Shown one piece after another: positions 12,171-26,671 of a stretch of 64,000 bases of DNA (its first letter is position 1; the number at the start of each line of letters is the position of its first letter). A program made the translations under genes and the position numbers. This stretch comes from Auanema rhodensis (taxonomy: Eukaryota; Animalia; Nematoda). The stretch lies in assembly GCA_964057225.1 (NCBI GenBank), contig OZ059894.1:3844001-3908000 (forward strand), in the 5' to 3' direction. The notes under the pieces are model-generated. The model did no database searches. It saw only the letters and a program-made list of their open reading frames with translations, and had not been told where the DNA came from.

Positions 12171-15100
12171 CACCTTGAAGGAATGATTTTTTCGTTGAAT
12201 AACATTGTCCATCGTCTTCGCCATGAAAAAAGAAATCTAAAAACATCTACTTTTTGCTAAATTATTTTGAAATTTTTCGAAAAAATTTTTGTCAAAATGT
12301 TTTTGGAAGCATTGTTGAGTGTACATGGAAACTCAACATACACTAATGCATCATTTTTCAAACGATCATAACTAATTTTTGTATCAAGCGTTTCTCAATG
12401 TAGTTTAGTGCATTCGATGCGGATTTTTAAGCTGCGTCGATCTGTGTTATCAGATTTGCGCTAGCTTAAAAATGCACCGAGATATCAACTGATATAAGTT
12501 CACACTTATATCCTCGATTTTCACCCTGAAGGAATGATTTTTTCGTTGAATAACATTGTCCATCGTCTTTGCCATGAAAAAAGTAATCTAAAAACATCTA
12601 CTTTTTGCTAAATTATTTTGAAATTTTTCGAAAAAATTTTTGTCAAAATGTTTTTGGAAGCAATGTTGAGTGTACATGGAAACTCAACATACACTAATGC
12701 ATCATTTTTCAAACGATCATAACTAATTTTTGTATTAAGCGTTTCTCAATGTAGTGTAGTGCATTCGATGCGGATTTTTAAGCTGCGTCGATCTGTGTTA
12801 TCAGATTTGCGCTAACTTAAAAATGCACCGAGATATCAACTGATATAAGTTCACACTTATATCCTCGATTTTCACCCTGAAGGAATAATTTTTTCGTTGA
12901 ATAACATTGTCCATCGTCTTTGCCTTGAAAAATGGAATCTAAAAACATCTACTTTTTGCTAAATTATTTTAAAATTTTTCGAAAAAATTTTTGTCAAAAT
13001 GTTTTTGGAAGCAATGTTGAGTGTACATGGAAACTCAACATACACTAATGCATCATTTTTCAAACGATCATAACTAATTTTTGTATCAAGCGTTTCTCAA
13101 TGTAGTTTAGTGCATTCGATGCGGATTTTTAAGCTGCGTCGATCTGTGTTATCAGATGTGCGCTAGCTTAAAAATGCACCGAGATATCAACTGATATAAG
13201 TTCACACTTATATCCTCGATTTTCACCCTGAAGGAATAATTTTTTCGTTGAATAACATTGTCCATCGTCTTTGCCTTGAAAAATGAAATCTAAAAACATC
13301 TACTTTTTGCTAAATTATTTTGAAATTTTTCGAAAAAATTTTTGTCAAAATGTTTTTGGAAGCAATGTTGAGTGTACATGGAAACTCAACATACACTAAT
13401 GCATCATTTTTCAAACGATCATAACTAATTTTTGTATTGAGCGTTTCTCAATGTAGTATAGTGCATTCGATCCGGATTTTTAAGCTGCGTCGATCTGTGT
13501 TATCAGATTTGCGCTAGCTTAAAAATGCACCGAGATATCAACTGATATAAGTTCACACTTATATCCTCGATTTTCACCCTGAAGAATTAATTTTTTCGTT
13601 GAATAACATTGTCCATCGTCTTTGCCATGAAAAAAGGAATCTAAAAACATCTACTTTTTGCTAAATTATTTTGAAATTTTTCGAAAAAATTTTTGTCAAA
13701 ATGTTTTTGGAAGCAATGTTGAGTGTACATGGAAACTCAACATACACTAATGCATCATTTTTCAAACGATCATAACTAATTTTTGTATCAAGCGTTTCTC
13801 AATGTAGTTTAGTGCATTCGATGCGGATTTTTAAGCTGCGTCGATCTGTGTTATCAGATTTGCGCTAGCTTAAAAATGCACCGAGATATCAACTGATATA
13901 AGTTCACACTTATATCCTCGATTTTCACCCTGAAGGAATGATTTTTTCGTTGAATAACATTGTCCATCGTCTTTGCCATGAAAAAAGGAATCTAAAAACA
14001 TCTACTTTTTGCTAAATTATTTTGAAATTTTTCGAAAAAATTTTTGTCAAAATGTTTTTGGAAGCAATGTTGAGTGTACATGGAAACTCAACATACACTA
14101 ATGCATCATTTTTCAAACGATCATAACTAATTTTTGTATTAAGCGTTTCTCAATGTAGTATAGTGCATTCGATGCGGATTTTTAAGCTGCGTCGATCTTT
14201 GTTATCAGATTTGCGCTAACTTAAAAATGCACCGAGATATCAACTGATATAAGTTCACACTTATATCCTCGATTTTCACCCTGAAGGAATAATTTTTTCG
14301 TTGAATAACATTGTCCATCGTCTTTGCCTTGAAAAATGGAATCTAAAAACATCTACTTTTTGCTAAATTATTTTAAAATTTTTCGAAAAAATTTTTGTCA
14401 AAATGTTTTTGGAAGCAATGTTGAGTGTACATGGAAACTCAACATACACTAATGCATCATTTTTCAAACGATCATAACTAATTTTTGTATCAAGCGTTTC
14501 TCAATGTAGTTTAGTGCATTCGATGCGGATTTTTAAGCTGCGTCGATCTGTGTTATCAGATGTGCGCTAGCTTAAAAGTGCACCGAGATATCAACTGATA
14601 TAAGTTCACACTTATATCCTCGATTTTCACCCTGAAGGAATAATTTTTTCGTTGAATAACATTGTCCATCGTCTTTGCCTTGAAAAATGAAATCTAAAAA
14701 CATCTACTTTTTGCTAAATTATTTTGAAATTTTTCGAAAAAATTTTTGTCAAAATGTTTTTGGAAGCAATGTTGAGTGTACATGGAAACTCAACATACAC
14801 TAATGCATCATTTTTCAAACGATCATAACTAATTTTCGTATTGAGCGTTTCTCAATGTAGTATAGTGCATTCGATCCGGATTTTTAAGCTGCGTCGATCT
14901 GTGTTATCAGATTTGCGCTAGCTTAAAAATGCACCGAGATATCAACTGATATAAGTTCACACTTATATCCTCGATTTTCACCCTGAAGAATTAATTTTTT
15001 CGTTGAATAACATTGTCCATCGTCTTTGCCTTGAAAAAAGGAATTTAAAAACATCTACTTTTTGCTAAATTATTTTGAAATTTTTCGAAAAAATTTTTGT

Positions 15101-16497
15101 CAAAATGTTTTTGGAAGCAATGTTGAGTGTACATGGAAACTCAACATACACTAATGCATCATTTTTCAAACGATCATAACTAATTTTTGTATCAAGCGTT
15201 TTTCAATGTAGTATAGTGCATTCGATGCGGATTTTTAAGCTGCGTCGATCTGTGTTATCAGATTTGCGCTAACTTAAAAATGCACCGAGATATCAACTGA
15301 TATAAGTTCACACTTATATCCTCGATTTTCACCCTGAAGAATTAATTTTTTCGTTGAATAACATTGTCCATCGTCTTCGCCTTGAAAAAAGGAATTTAAA
15401 AACATCTACTTTTTGCTAAATTATTTTGAAATTTTTCGAAAAAATTTTTGTCAAAATGTTTTTGGAAGCAATGTTGAGTGTACATGGAAACTCAACATAC
15501 ACTAATGCATCATTTTTCAAACGATCATAACTAATTTTTGTATCAAGCGTTTTTCAATGTAGTATAGTGCATTCGATGCGGATTTTTAAGCTGCGTCGAT
15601 CTGTGTTATCAGATTTGCGCTAACTTAAAAATGCACCGAGATATCAACTGATATAAGTTCACACTTATATCCTCGATTTTCACCCTGAAGGAATAATTTT
15701 TTCGTTGAATAACATTGTCCATCGTCTTTGCCTTGAAAAATGGAATCTAAAAACATCTACTTTTTGCTAAATTATTTTAAAATTTTTCGAAAAAATTTTT
15801 GTCAAAATGTTTTTGGAAGCAATGTTGAGTGTACATGGAAACTCAACATACACTAATGCATCATTTTTCAAACGATCATAACTAATTTTTGTATTGAGCG
15901 TTTCTCAATGTAGTATAGTGCATTCGATTCGGATTTTTAAGCTGCGTCGATCTGTGTTATCAGATTTGCGCTAGCTTAAAAATGCACCGAGATATCAACT
16001 GATATAAGTTCACACTTATATCCTCGATTTTCACCCTGAAGAATTAATTTTTTCGTTGAATAACATTGTTCATCGTCTTTGCCTTGAAAAAAGGAATTTA
16101 AAAACATCTACTTTTTGCTAAATTATTTTGAAATTTTTCGAAAAAATTTTTGTCAAAATGTTTTTGGAAGCAATGTTGAGTGTACATGGAAACTCAACAT
16201 ACACTAATGCATCATTTTTCAAACGATCATAACTAATTTTTGTATCAAGCGTTTTTCAATGTAGTATAGTGCATTCGATGCGGATTTTTAAGCTGCGTCG
16301 ATCTGTGTTATCAGATTTGCGCTAACTTAAAAATGCACCGAGATATCAACTGATATAAGTTCACACTTATATCCTCGATTTTCACCCTGAAGGAATAATT
16401 TTTTCGTTGAATAACATTGTCCATCGTCTTTGCCTTGAAAAATGGAATCTAAAAACATCTACTTTTTGCTAAATTATTTTAAAATTTTTCGAAAAAA

Positions 16498-19400
16498 TTT
16501 TTGTCAAAATGTTTTTGGAAGCAATGTTGAGTGTACATGGAAACTCAACATACACTAATGCATCATTTTTCAAACGATCATAACTAATTTTTGTATTGAG
16601 CGTTTCTCAATGTAGTATAGTGCATTCGATCCGGATTTTTAAGCTGCGTCGATCTGTGTTATCAGATTTGCGCTAGCTTAAAAATGCACCGAGATATCAA
16701 CTGATATAAGTTCACACTTATATCCTCGATTTTCACCCTGAAGAATTAATTTTTTCGTTGAATAACATTGTCCATCGTCTTTGCCTTGAAAAAAGGAATT
16801 TAAAAACATCTACTTTTTGCTAAATTATTTTGAAATTTTTCGAAAAAATTTTTGTCAAAATGTTTTTGGAAGCAATGTTGAGTGTACATGGAAACTCAAC
16901 ATACACTAATGCATCATTTTTCAAACGATCATAACTAATTTTTGTATCAAGCGTTTCTCAATGTAGTATAGTGCATTCGATGCGGATTTTTAAGCTGCGT
17001 CGATCTGTGTTATTAGATTTGCGCTAGCTTAAAAATGCACCGAGATATCAACTGATATAAGTTCACACTTATATCCTCGATTTTCACCCTGAAGAATTAA
17101 TTTTTTCGTTGAATAACATTGTCCATCGTCTTTGCCTTGAAAACAGGAATCTAAAAACATCTACTTTTTGCTAAATTATTTTGAAATTTTTCGAAAAAAT
17201 TTTTGTCAAAATGTTTTTGGAAGCAATGTTGAGTGTACATGGAAACTCAACATACACTAATGCATCATTTTTCAAACGATCATAACTAATTTTTGTATTG
17301 AGCGTTCCTCAATGTAGTATAGTGCATTCGATGCGGATTTTTAAGCTGCGTCGATCTGTGTTATCAGATTTGCGCTAGCTTAAAAATGCACCGAGATATC
17401 AACTGATATAAGTTCACACTTATATCCTCGATTTTCACCCTGAAGAATTAATTTTTTCGTTGAATAACATTGTCCATCGTCTTTGCCTTGAAAAAAGGAA
17501 TCTAAAAACATCTACTTTTTGCTAAATTATTTTGAAATTTTTCGAAAAAATTTTTGTCAAAATGTTTTGGAAGCAATGTTGAGTGTACATGGAAACTCAA
17601 CATACACTAATGCATCATTTTTCAAACGATCATAACTAATTTTTGTATCAAGCGTTTCTCAATGTAGTATAGTGCATTCGATGCGGATTTTTAAGCTGCG
17701 TCGATCTGTGTTATCAGATTTGCGCTAGCTTAAAAATGCACCGAGATATCAACTGATATAAGTTCACACTTATATCCTCGATTTTCACCCTGAAGAATTA
17801 ATTTTTTCGTTGAATAACATTGTCCATCGTCTTTGCCTTGAAAACAGGAATCTAAAAACATCTACTTTTTGCTAAATTATTTTGAAATTTTTCGAAAAAT
17901 TTTTGTCAAAATGTTTTTGGAAGCAATGTTGAGTGTACATGGAAACTCAACATACACTAATGCATCATTTTTCAAACGATCATAACTAATTTTTGTATTG
18001 AGCGTTCCTCCATGTAGTATAGTGCATTCGATGCGGATTTTTAAGCTGCGTCGATCTGTGTTATCAGATTTGCGCTAGCTTAAAAATGCACCGAGATATC
18101 AACTGATATAAGTTCACACTTATATCCTCGATTTTCACCCTGAAGAATTAATTTTTTCGTTGAATAACATTGTCCATCGTCTTTGCCTTGAAAAAAGGAA
18201 TCTAAAAACATCTACTTTTTGCTAAATTATTTTGAAATTTTTCGAAAAAATTTTTGTCAAAATGTTTTTGGAAGCAATGTTGAGTGTACATGGAAACTCA
18301 ACATACACTAATGCATCATTTTTCAAACGATCATAACTAATTTTTGTATCAAGCGTTTCTCAATGTAGTTCAGTGCATTCGATGCGGATTTTTAAGCTGC
18401 GTCGATCTGTGTTATCAGATTTGCGCTAGCTTAAAAATGCACCGAGATATCAACTGATATAAGTTCACACTTATATCCTCGATTTTCACCCTGAAGGAAT
18501 GATTTTTTCGTTGAATAACATTGTCCATCGTCTTTGCCATGAAAAAAGGAATCTAAAAACATCTACTTTTTGCTAAATTATTTTGAAATTTTTCGAAAAA
18601 ATTTTTGTCAAAATGTTTTTGGAAGCAATGTTGAGTGTACATGGAAACTCAACATACACTAATGCATCATTTTTCAAACGATCATAACTAATTTTTGTAT
18701 TAAGCGTTTCTCAATGTAGTATAGTGCATTCGATGCGGATTTTTAAGCTGCGTCGATCTGTGTTATCAGATTTGCGCTAGCTTAAAAATGCACCGAGATA
18801 TCAACTGATATAAGTTCACACTTATATCCTCGATTTTCACCCTGAAGAATTAATTTTTTCGTTGAATAACATTGTCCATCGTCTTTGCCTTGAAAAAAGG
18901 AATCTAAAAACATCTACTTTTTGCTAAATTATTTTGAAATTTTTCGAAAAATTTTTGTCAAAATGTTTTTGGAAGCAATGTTGAGTGTACATGGAAACTC
19001 AACATACACTAATGCATCATTTTTCAAACGATCATAACTAATTTTTGTATTGAGCGTTCCTCCATGTAGTATAGTGCATTCGATGCGGATTTTTAAGCTG
19101 CGTCGATCTGTGTTATCAGATTTGCGCTAGCTTAAAAATGCACCGAGATATCAACTGATATAAGTTCACACTTATATCCTCGATTTTCACCCTGAAGAAT
19201 TAATTTTTTCGTTGAATAACATTGTCCATCGTCTTTGCCTTGAAAAAAGGAATCTAAAAACATCTACTTTTTGCTAAATTATTTTGAAATTTTTCGAAAA
19301 AATTTTTGTCAAAATGTTTTTGGAAGCAATGTTGAGTGTACATGGAAACTCAACATACACTAATGCATCATTTTTCAAACGATCATAACTAATTTTTGTA

Positions 19401-22400
19401 TCAAGCGTTTCTCAATGTAGTTCAGTGCATTCGATGCGGATTTTTAAGCTGCGTCGATCTGTGTTATCAGATTTGCGCTAGCTTAAAAATGCACCGAGAT
19501 ATCAACTGATATAAGTTCACACTTATATCCTCGATTTTCACCCTGAAGGAATGATTTTTTCGTTGAATAACATTGTCCATCGTCTTTGCCATGAAAAAAG
19601 GAATCTAAAAACATCTACTTTTTGCTAAATTATTTTGAAATTTTTCGAAAAAATTTTTGTCAAAATGTTTTTGGAAGCAATGTTGAGTGTACATGGAAAC
19701 TCAACATACACTAATGCATCATTTTTCAAACGATCATAACTAATTTTTGTATCAAGCGTTTCTCAATGTAGTTTAGTGCATTCGATGCGGATTTTTAAGC
19801 TGCGTCGATCTGTGTTATCAGATTTGCGCTAGCTTAAAAATGCACCGAGATATCAACTGATATAAGTTCACACTTATATCCTCGATTTTCACCCTGAAGG
19901 AATGATTTTTTCGTTGAATAACATTGTCCATCGTCTTTGCCATGAAAAAAGGAATCTAAAAACATCTACTTTTTGCTAAATTATTTTGAAATTTTTCGAA
20001 AAAATTTTTGTCAAAATGTTTTGGAAGCAATGTTGAGTGTACATGGAAACTCAACATACACTAATGCATCATTTTTCAAACGATCATAACTAATTTTTGT
20101 ATCAAGCGTTTCTCAATGTAGTATAGTGCATTCGATGCGGATTTTTAAGCTGCGTCGATCTGTGTTATCAGATTTGCGCTAACTTAAAAATGCACCGAGA
20201 TATCAACTGATATAAGTTCACACTTATATCCTCGATTTTCACCCTGAAGGAATAATTTTTTCGTTGAATAACATTGTCCATCGTCTTTGCCTTGAAAAAT
20301 GGAATCTAAAAACATCTACTTTTTGCTAAATTATTTTAAAATTTTTCGAAAAAATTTTTGTCAAAATGTTTTTGGAAGCAATGTTGAGTGTACATGGAAA
20401 CTCAACATACACTAATGCATCATTTTTCAAACGATCATAACTAATTTTTGTATCAAGCGTTTCTCAATGTAGTTTAGTGCATTCGATGCGGATTTTTAAG
20501 CTGCGTCGATCTGTGTTATCAGATGTGCGCTAGCTTAAAAATGCACCGAGATATCAACTGATATGAGTTCACACTTATATCCTCGATTTTCACCCTGAAG
20601 GAATAATTTTTTCGTTGAATAACGTTGTCCATCGTCTTTGCCTTGAAAAATGAAATCTAAAAACATTTACTTTTTGCTAAATTATTTTGAAATTTTTCGA
20701 AAAAATTTTTGTCAAAATGTTTTTGGAAGCAATGTTGAGTGTACATGGAAACTCAACATACACTAATGCATCATTTTTCAAACGATCATAACTAATTTTT
20801 GTATTGAGCGTTTCTCAATGTAGTATAGTGCATTCGATCCGGATTTTTAAGCTGCGTCGATCTGTGTTATCAGATTTGCGCTAGCTTAAAAATGCACCGA
20901 GATATCAACTGATATAAGTTCACACTTATATCCTCGATTTTCACCCTGAAGAATTAATTTTTTCGTTGAATAACATTGTCCATCGTCTTTGCCTTGAAAA
21001 AAGGAATTTAAAAACATCTACTTTTTGCTAAATTATTTTGAAATTTTTCGAAAAAATTTTTGTCAAAATGTTTTTGGAAGCAATGTTGAGTGTACATGGA
21101 AACTCAACATACACTAATGCATCATTTTTCAAACGATCATAACTAATTTTTGTATCAAGCGTTTCTCAATGTAGTATAGTGCATTCGATGCGGATTTTTA
21201 AGCTGCGTCGATCTGTGTTATCAGATTTGCGCTAGCTTAAAAATGCACCGAGATATCAACTGATATAAGTTCACACTTATATCCTCGATTTTCACCCTGA
21301 AGAATTAATTTTTTCGTTGAATAACATTGTCCATCGTCTTTGCCTTGAAAACAGGAATCTAAAAACATCTACTTTTTGCTAAATTATTTTGAAATTTTTC
21401 GAAAAAATTTTTGTCAAAATGTTTTTGGAAGCAATGTTGAGTGTACATGGAAACTCAACATACACTAATGCATCATTTTTCAAACGATCATAACTAATTT
21501 TTGTATTAAGCGTTTCTCAATGTAGTATAGTGCATTCGATGCGGATTTGTAAGCTGCGTCGATCTGTGTTATCAGATTTGCGCTAGCTTAAAAATGCACC
21601 GAGATATCAACTGATATAAGTTCACACTTATATCCTCGATTTTCACCCTGAAGAATTAATTTTTTCGTTGAATAACATTGTCCATCGTCTTTGCCTTGAA
21701 AAAAGGAATCTAAAAACATCTACTTTTTGCTAAATTATTTTGAAATTTTTCGAAAAAATTTTTGTCAAAATGTTTTTGGAAGCAGTGTTGAGTGTACATG
21801 GAAACTCAACATACACTAATGCATCATTTTTCAAACGATCATAACTAATTTTTGTATCAAGCGTTTCTCAATGTAGTATAGTGCATTCGATGCGGATTTT
21901 TAAGCTGCGTCGATCTGTGTTATCAGATTTGCGCTAGCTTAAAAATGCACCGAGATATCAACTGATATAAGTTCACACTTATATCCTCGATTTTCACCCT
22001 GAAGGAATAATTTTTTCGTTGAATAACATTGTCCATCGTCTTTGCCCTGAAAAATGAAATCTAAAAACATCTACTTTTTGCTAAATTATTTTGAAAGTTT
22101 TCGAAAAAATTTTTGTCAAAATGTTTTTGGAAGCAATGTTGAGTGTACATGGAAACTCAACATACACTAATGCATCATTTTTCAAACGATCATAACTAAT
22201 TTTTGTATTGAGCGTTTCTCAATGTAGTATAGTGCATTCGATCCGGATTTTTAAGCTGCGTCGATCTGTGTTATCAGATTTGCGCTAGCTTAAAAATGCA
22301 CCGAGATATCAACTGATATAAGTTCACACTTATATCCTCGATTTTCACCCTGAAGAATTAATTTTTTCGTTGAATAACATTGTCCATCGTCTTTGCCTTG

Positions 22401-25400
22401 AAAAAAGGAATTTAAAAACATCTACTTTTTGCTAAATTATTTTGAAATTTTTCGAAAAAATTTTTGTCAAAATGTTTTTGGAAGCAATGTTGAGTGTACA
22501 TGGAAACTCAACATACACTAATGCATCATTTTTCAAACGATCATAACTAATTTTTGTATCAAGCGTTTCTCAATGTAGTATAGTGCATTCGATGCGGATT
22601 TTTAAGCTGCGTCGATCTGTGTTATCAGATTTGCGCTAGCTTAAAAATGCACCGAGATATCAACTGATATAAGTTCACACTTATATCCTCGATTTTCACC
22701 CTGAAGAATTAATTTTTTCGTTGAATAACATTGTCCATCGTCTTTGCCTTGAAAACAGGAATCTAAAAACATCTACTTTTTGCTAAATTATTTTGAAATT
22801 TTTCGAAAAAATTTTTGTCAAAATGTTTTTGGAAGCAATGTTGAGTGTACATGGAAACTCAACATACACTAATGCATCATTTTTCAAACGATCATAACTA
22901 ATTTTTGTATTGAGCGTTCCTCAATGTAGTATAGTGCATTCGATGCGGATTTTTAAGCTGCGTCGATCTGTGTTATCAGATTTGCGCTAGCTTAAAAATG
23001 CACCGAGATATCAACTGATATAAGTTCACACTTATATCCTCGATTTTCACCCTGAAGAATTAATTTTTTCGTTGAATAACATTGTCCATCGTCTTTGCCT
23101 TGAAAAAAGGAATCTAAAAACATCTACTTTTTGCTAAATTATTTTGAAATTTTTCGAAAAAATTTTTGTCAAAATGTTTTGGAAGCAATGTTGAGTGTAC
23201 ATGGAAACTCAACATACACTAATGCATCATTTTTCAAACGATCATAACTAATTTTTGTATCAAGCGTTTCTCAATGTAGTATAGTGCATTCGATGCGGAT
23301 TTTTAAGCTGCGTCGATCTGTGTTATCAGATTTGCGCTAGCTTAAAAATGCACCGAGATATCAACTGATATAAGTTCACACTTATATCCTCGATTTTCAC
23401 CCTGAAGAATTAATTTTTTCGTTGAATAACATTGTCCATCGTCTTTGCCTTGAAAACAGGAATCTAAAAACATCTACTTTTTGCTAAATTATTTTGAAAT
23501 TTTTCGAAAAAATTTTTGTCAAAATGTTTTTGGAAGCAATGTTGAGTGTACATGGAAACTCAACATACACTAATGCATCATTTTTCAAACGATCATAACT
23601 AATTTTTGTATTGAGCGTTCCTCAATGTAGTATAGTGCATTCGATGCGGATTTTTAAGCTGCGTCGATCTGTGTTATCAGATTTGCGCTAGCTTAAAAAT
23701 GCACCGAGATATCAACTGATATAAGTTCACACTTATATCCTCGATTTTCACCCTGAAGAATTAATTTTTTCGTTGAATAACATTGTCCATCGTCTTTGCC
23801 TTGAAAAAAGGAATCTAAAAACATCTACTTTTTGCTAAATTATTTTGAAATTTTTCGAAAAAATTTTTGTCAAAATGTTTTTGGAAGCAATGTTGAGTGT
23901 ACATGGAAACTCAACATACACTAATGCATCATTTTTCAAACGATCATAACTAATTTTTGTATCAAGCGTTTCTCAATGTAGTTCAGTGCATTCGATGCGG
24001 ATTTTTAAGCTGCGTCGATCTGTGTTATCAGATTTGCGCTAGCTTAAAAATGCACCGAGATATCAACTGATATAAGTTCACACTTATATCCTCGATTTTC
24101 ACCCTGAAGGAATGATTTTTTCGTTGAATAACATTGTCCATCGTCTTTGCCATGAAAAAAGGAATCTAAAAACATCTACTTTTTGCTAAATTATTTTGAA
24201 ATTTTTCGAAAAAATTTTTGTCAAAATGTTTTTGGAAGCAATGTTGAGTGTACATGGAAACTCAACATACACTAATGCATCATTTTTCAAACGATCATAA
24301 CTAATTTTTGTATCAAGCGTTTCTCAATGTAGTTTAGTGCATTCGATGCGGATTTTTAAGCTGCGTCGATCTGTGTTATCAGATTTGCGCTAGCTTAAAA
24401 ATGCACCGAGATATCAACTGATATAAGTTCACACTTATATCCTCGATTTTCACCCTGAAGGAATGATTTTTTCGTTGAATAACATTGTCCATCGTCTTTG
24501 CCATGAAAAAAGGAATCTAAAAACATCTACTTTTTGCTAAATTATTTTGAAATTTTTCGAAAAAATTTTTGTCAAAATGTTTTTGGAAGCATTGTTGAGT
24601 GTACATGGAAACTCAACATACACTAATGCATCATTTTTCAAACGATCATAACTAATTTTTGTATTAAGCGTTTCTCAATGTAGTATAGTGCATTCGATGC
24701 GGATTTTTAAGCTGCGTCGATCTGTGTTATCAGATTTGCGCTAACTTAAAAATGCACCGAGATATCAACTGATATAAGTTCACACTTATATCCTCGATTT
24801 TCACCCTGAAGGAATAATTTTTTCGTTGAATAACATTGTCCATCGTCTTTGCCTTGAAAAATGGAATCTAAAAACATCTACTTTTTGCTAAATTATTTTA
24901 AAATTTTTCGAAAAAATTTTTGTCAAAATGTTTTTGGAAGCAATGTTGAGTGTACATGGAAACTCAACATACACTAATGCATCATTTTTCAAACGATCAT
25001 AACTAATTTTTGTATCAAGCGTTTCTCAATGTAGTTTAGTGCATTCGATGCGGATTTTTAAGCTGCGTCGATCTGTGTTATCAGATGTGCGCTAGCTTAA
25101 AAATGCACCGAGATATCAACTGATATGAGTTCACACTTATATCCTCGATTTTCACCCTGAAGGAATAATTTTTTCGTTGAATAACGTTGTCCATCGTCTT
25201 TGCCTTGAAAAATGAAATCTAAAAACATCTACTTTTTGCTAAATTATTTTGAAATTTTTCGAAAAAATTTTTGTCAAAATGTTTTTGGAAGCAATGTTGA
25301 GTGTACATGGAAACTCAACATACACTAATGCATCATTTTTCAAACGATCATAACTAATTTTTGTATTGAGCGTTTCTCAATGTAGTATAGTGCATTCGAT

Positions 25401-26671
25401 CCGGATTTTTAAGCTGCGTCGATCTGTGTTATCAGATTTGCGCTAGCTTAAAAATGCACCGAGATATCAACTGATATAAGTTCACACTTATATCCTCGAT
25501 TTTCACCCTGAAGAATTAATTTTTTCGTTGAATAACATTGTCCATCGTCTTTGCCTTGAAAAAAGGAATTTAAAAACATCTACTTTTTGCTAAATTATTT
25601 TGAAATTTTTCGAAAAAATTTTTGTCAAAATGTTTTTGGAAGCAATGTTGAGTGTACATGGAAACTCAACATACACTAATGCATCATTTTTCAAACGATC
25701 ATAACTAATTTTTGTATCAAGCGTTTCTCAATGTAGTATAGTGCATTCGATGCGGATTTTTAAGCTGCGTCGATCTGTGTTATCAGATTTGCGCTAGCTT
25801 AAAAATGCACCGAGATATCAACTGATATAAGTTCACACTTATATCCTCGATTTTCACCCTGAAGAATTAATTTTTTCGTTGAATAACATTGTCCATCGTC
25901 TTTGCCTTGAAAACAGGAATCTAAAAACATCTACTTTTTGCTAAATTATTTTGAAATTTTTCGAAAAAATTTTTGTCAAAATGTTTTTGGAAGCAATGTT
26001 GAGTGTACATGGAAACTCAACATACACTAATGCATCATTTTTCAAACGATCATAACTAATTTTTGTATCAAGCGTTTCTCAATGTAGTATAGTGCATTCG
26101 ATGCGGATTTTTAAGCTGCGTCGATCTGTGTTATCAGATTTGCGCTAGCTTAAAAATGCACCGAGATATCAACTGATATAAGTTCACACTTATATCCTCG
26201 ATTTTCACCCTGAAGAATTAATTTTTTCGTTGAATAACATTGTCCATCGTCTTTGCCTTGAAAAAAGGAATCTAAAAACATCTACTTTTTGCTAAATTAT
26301 TTTGAAATTTTTCGAAAAAATTTTTGTCAAAATGTTTTTGGAAGCAGTGTTGAGTGTACATGGAAACTCAACATACACTAATGCATCATTTTTCAAACGA
26401 TCATAACTAATTTTTGTATCAAGCGTTTCTCAATGTAGTATAGTGCATTCGATGCGGATTTTTAAGCTGCGTCGATCTGTGTTATCAGATTTGCGCTAGC
26501 TTAAAAATGCACCGAGATATCAACTGATATAAGTTCACACTTATATCCTCGATTTTCACCCTGAAGAATTAATTTTTTTGTTGAATAACATTGTCCATCG
26601 TCTTTGCCTTGAAAAAAGGAATCTAAAAACATCTACTTTTTGCTAAATTATTTTGAAATTTTTCGAAAAAA
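16498..26671. repeat. 13-monomer duplication; first copy carries an extra internal 3-monomer duplication
   Basis: GATATGAG at 20565/25127 (+4562). The T deletion, AAACAGG, GTTCCTC and GTTCAG occur in the same order at 16.5-18.6 kb and 22.1-24.2 kb. GTTCAG at 18371/19423 (+1052) marks the internal 3-mer. Confidence 0.82.

Larger units (their letters stand above)
6319..26671. repeat. Satellite variant domain 2, rich in a recurring three-monomer module (R-Q-P)
   Basis: R carries CTAAC plus TTTTAAAATT; Q carries ATCAAG/GTTTAG/GATGTG/AATGAAATC; P carries ATTGAG/GATCCGG/GGAATTT. The R-Q-P order starts at 7372, 9478, 12637, 14041, 20005 and 24566. Confidence 0.8.
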
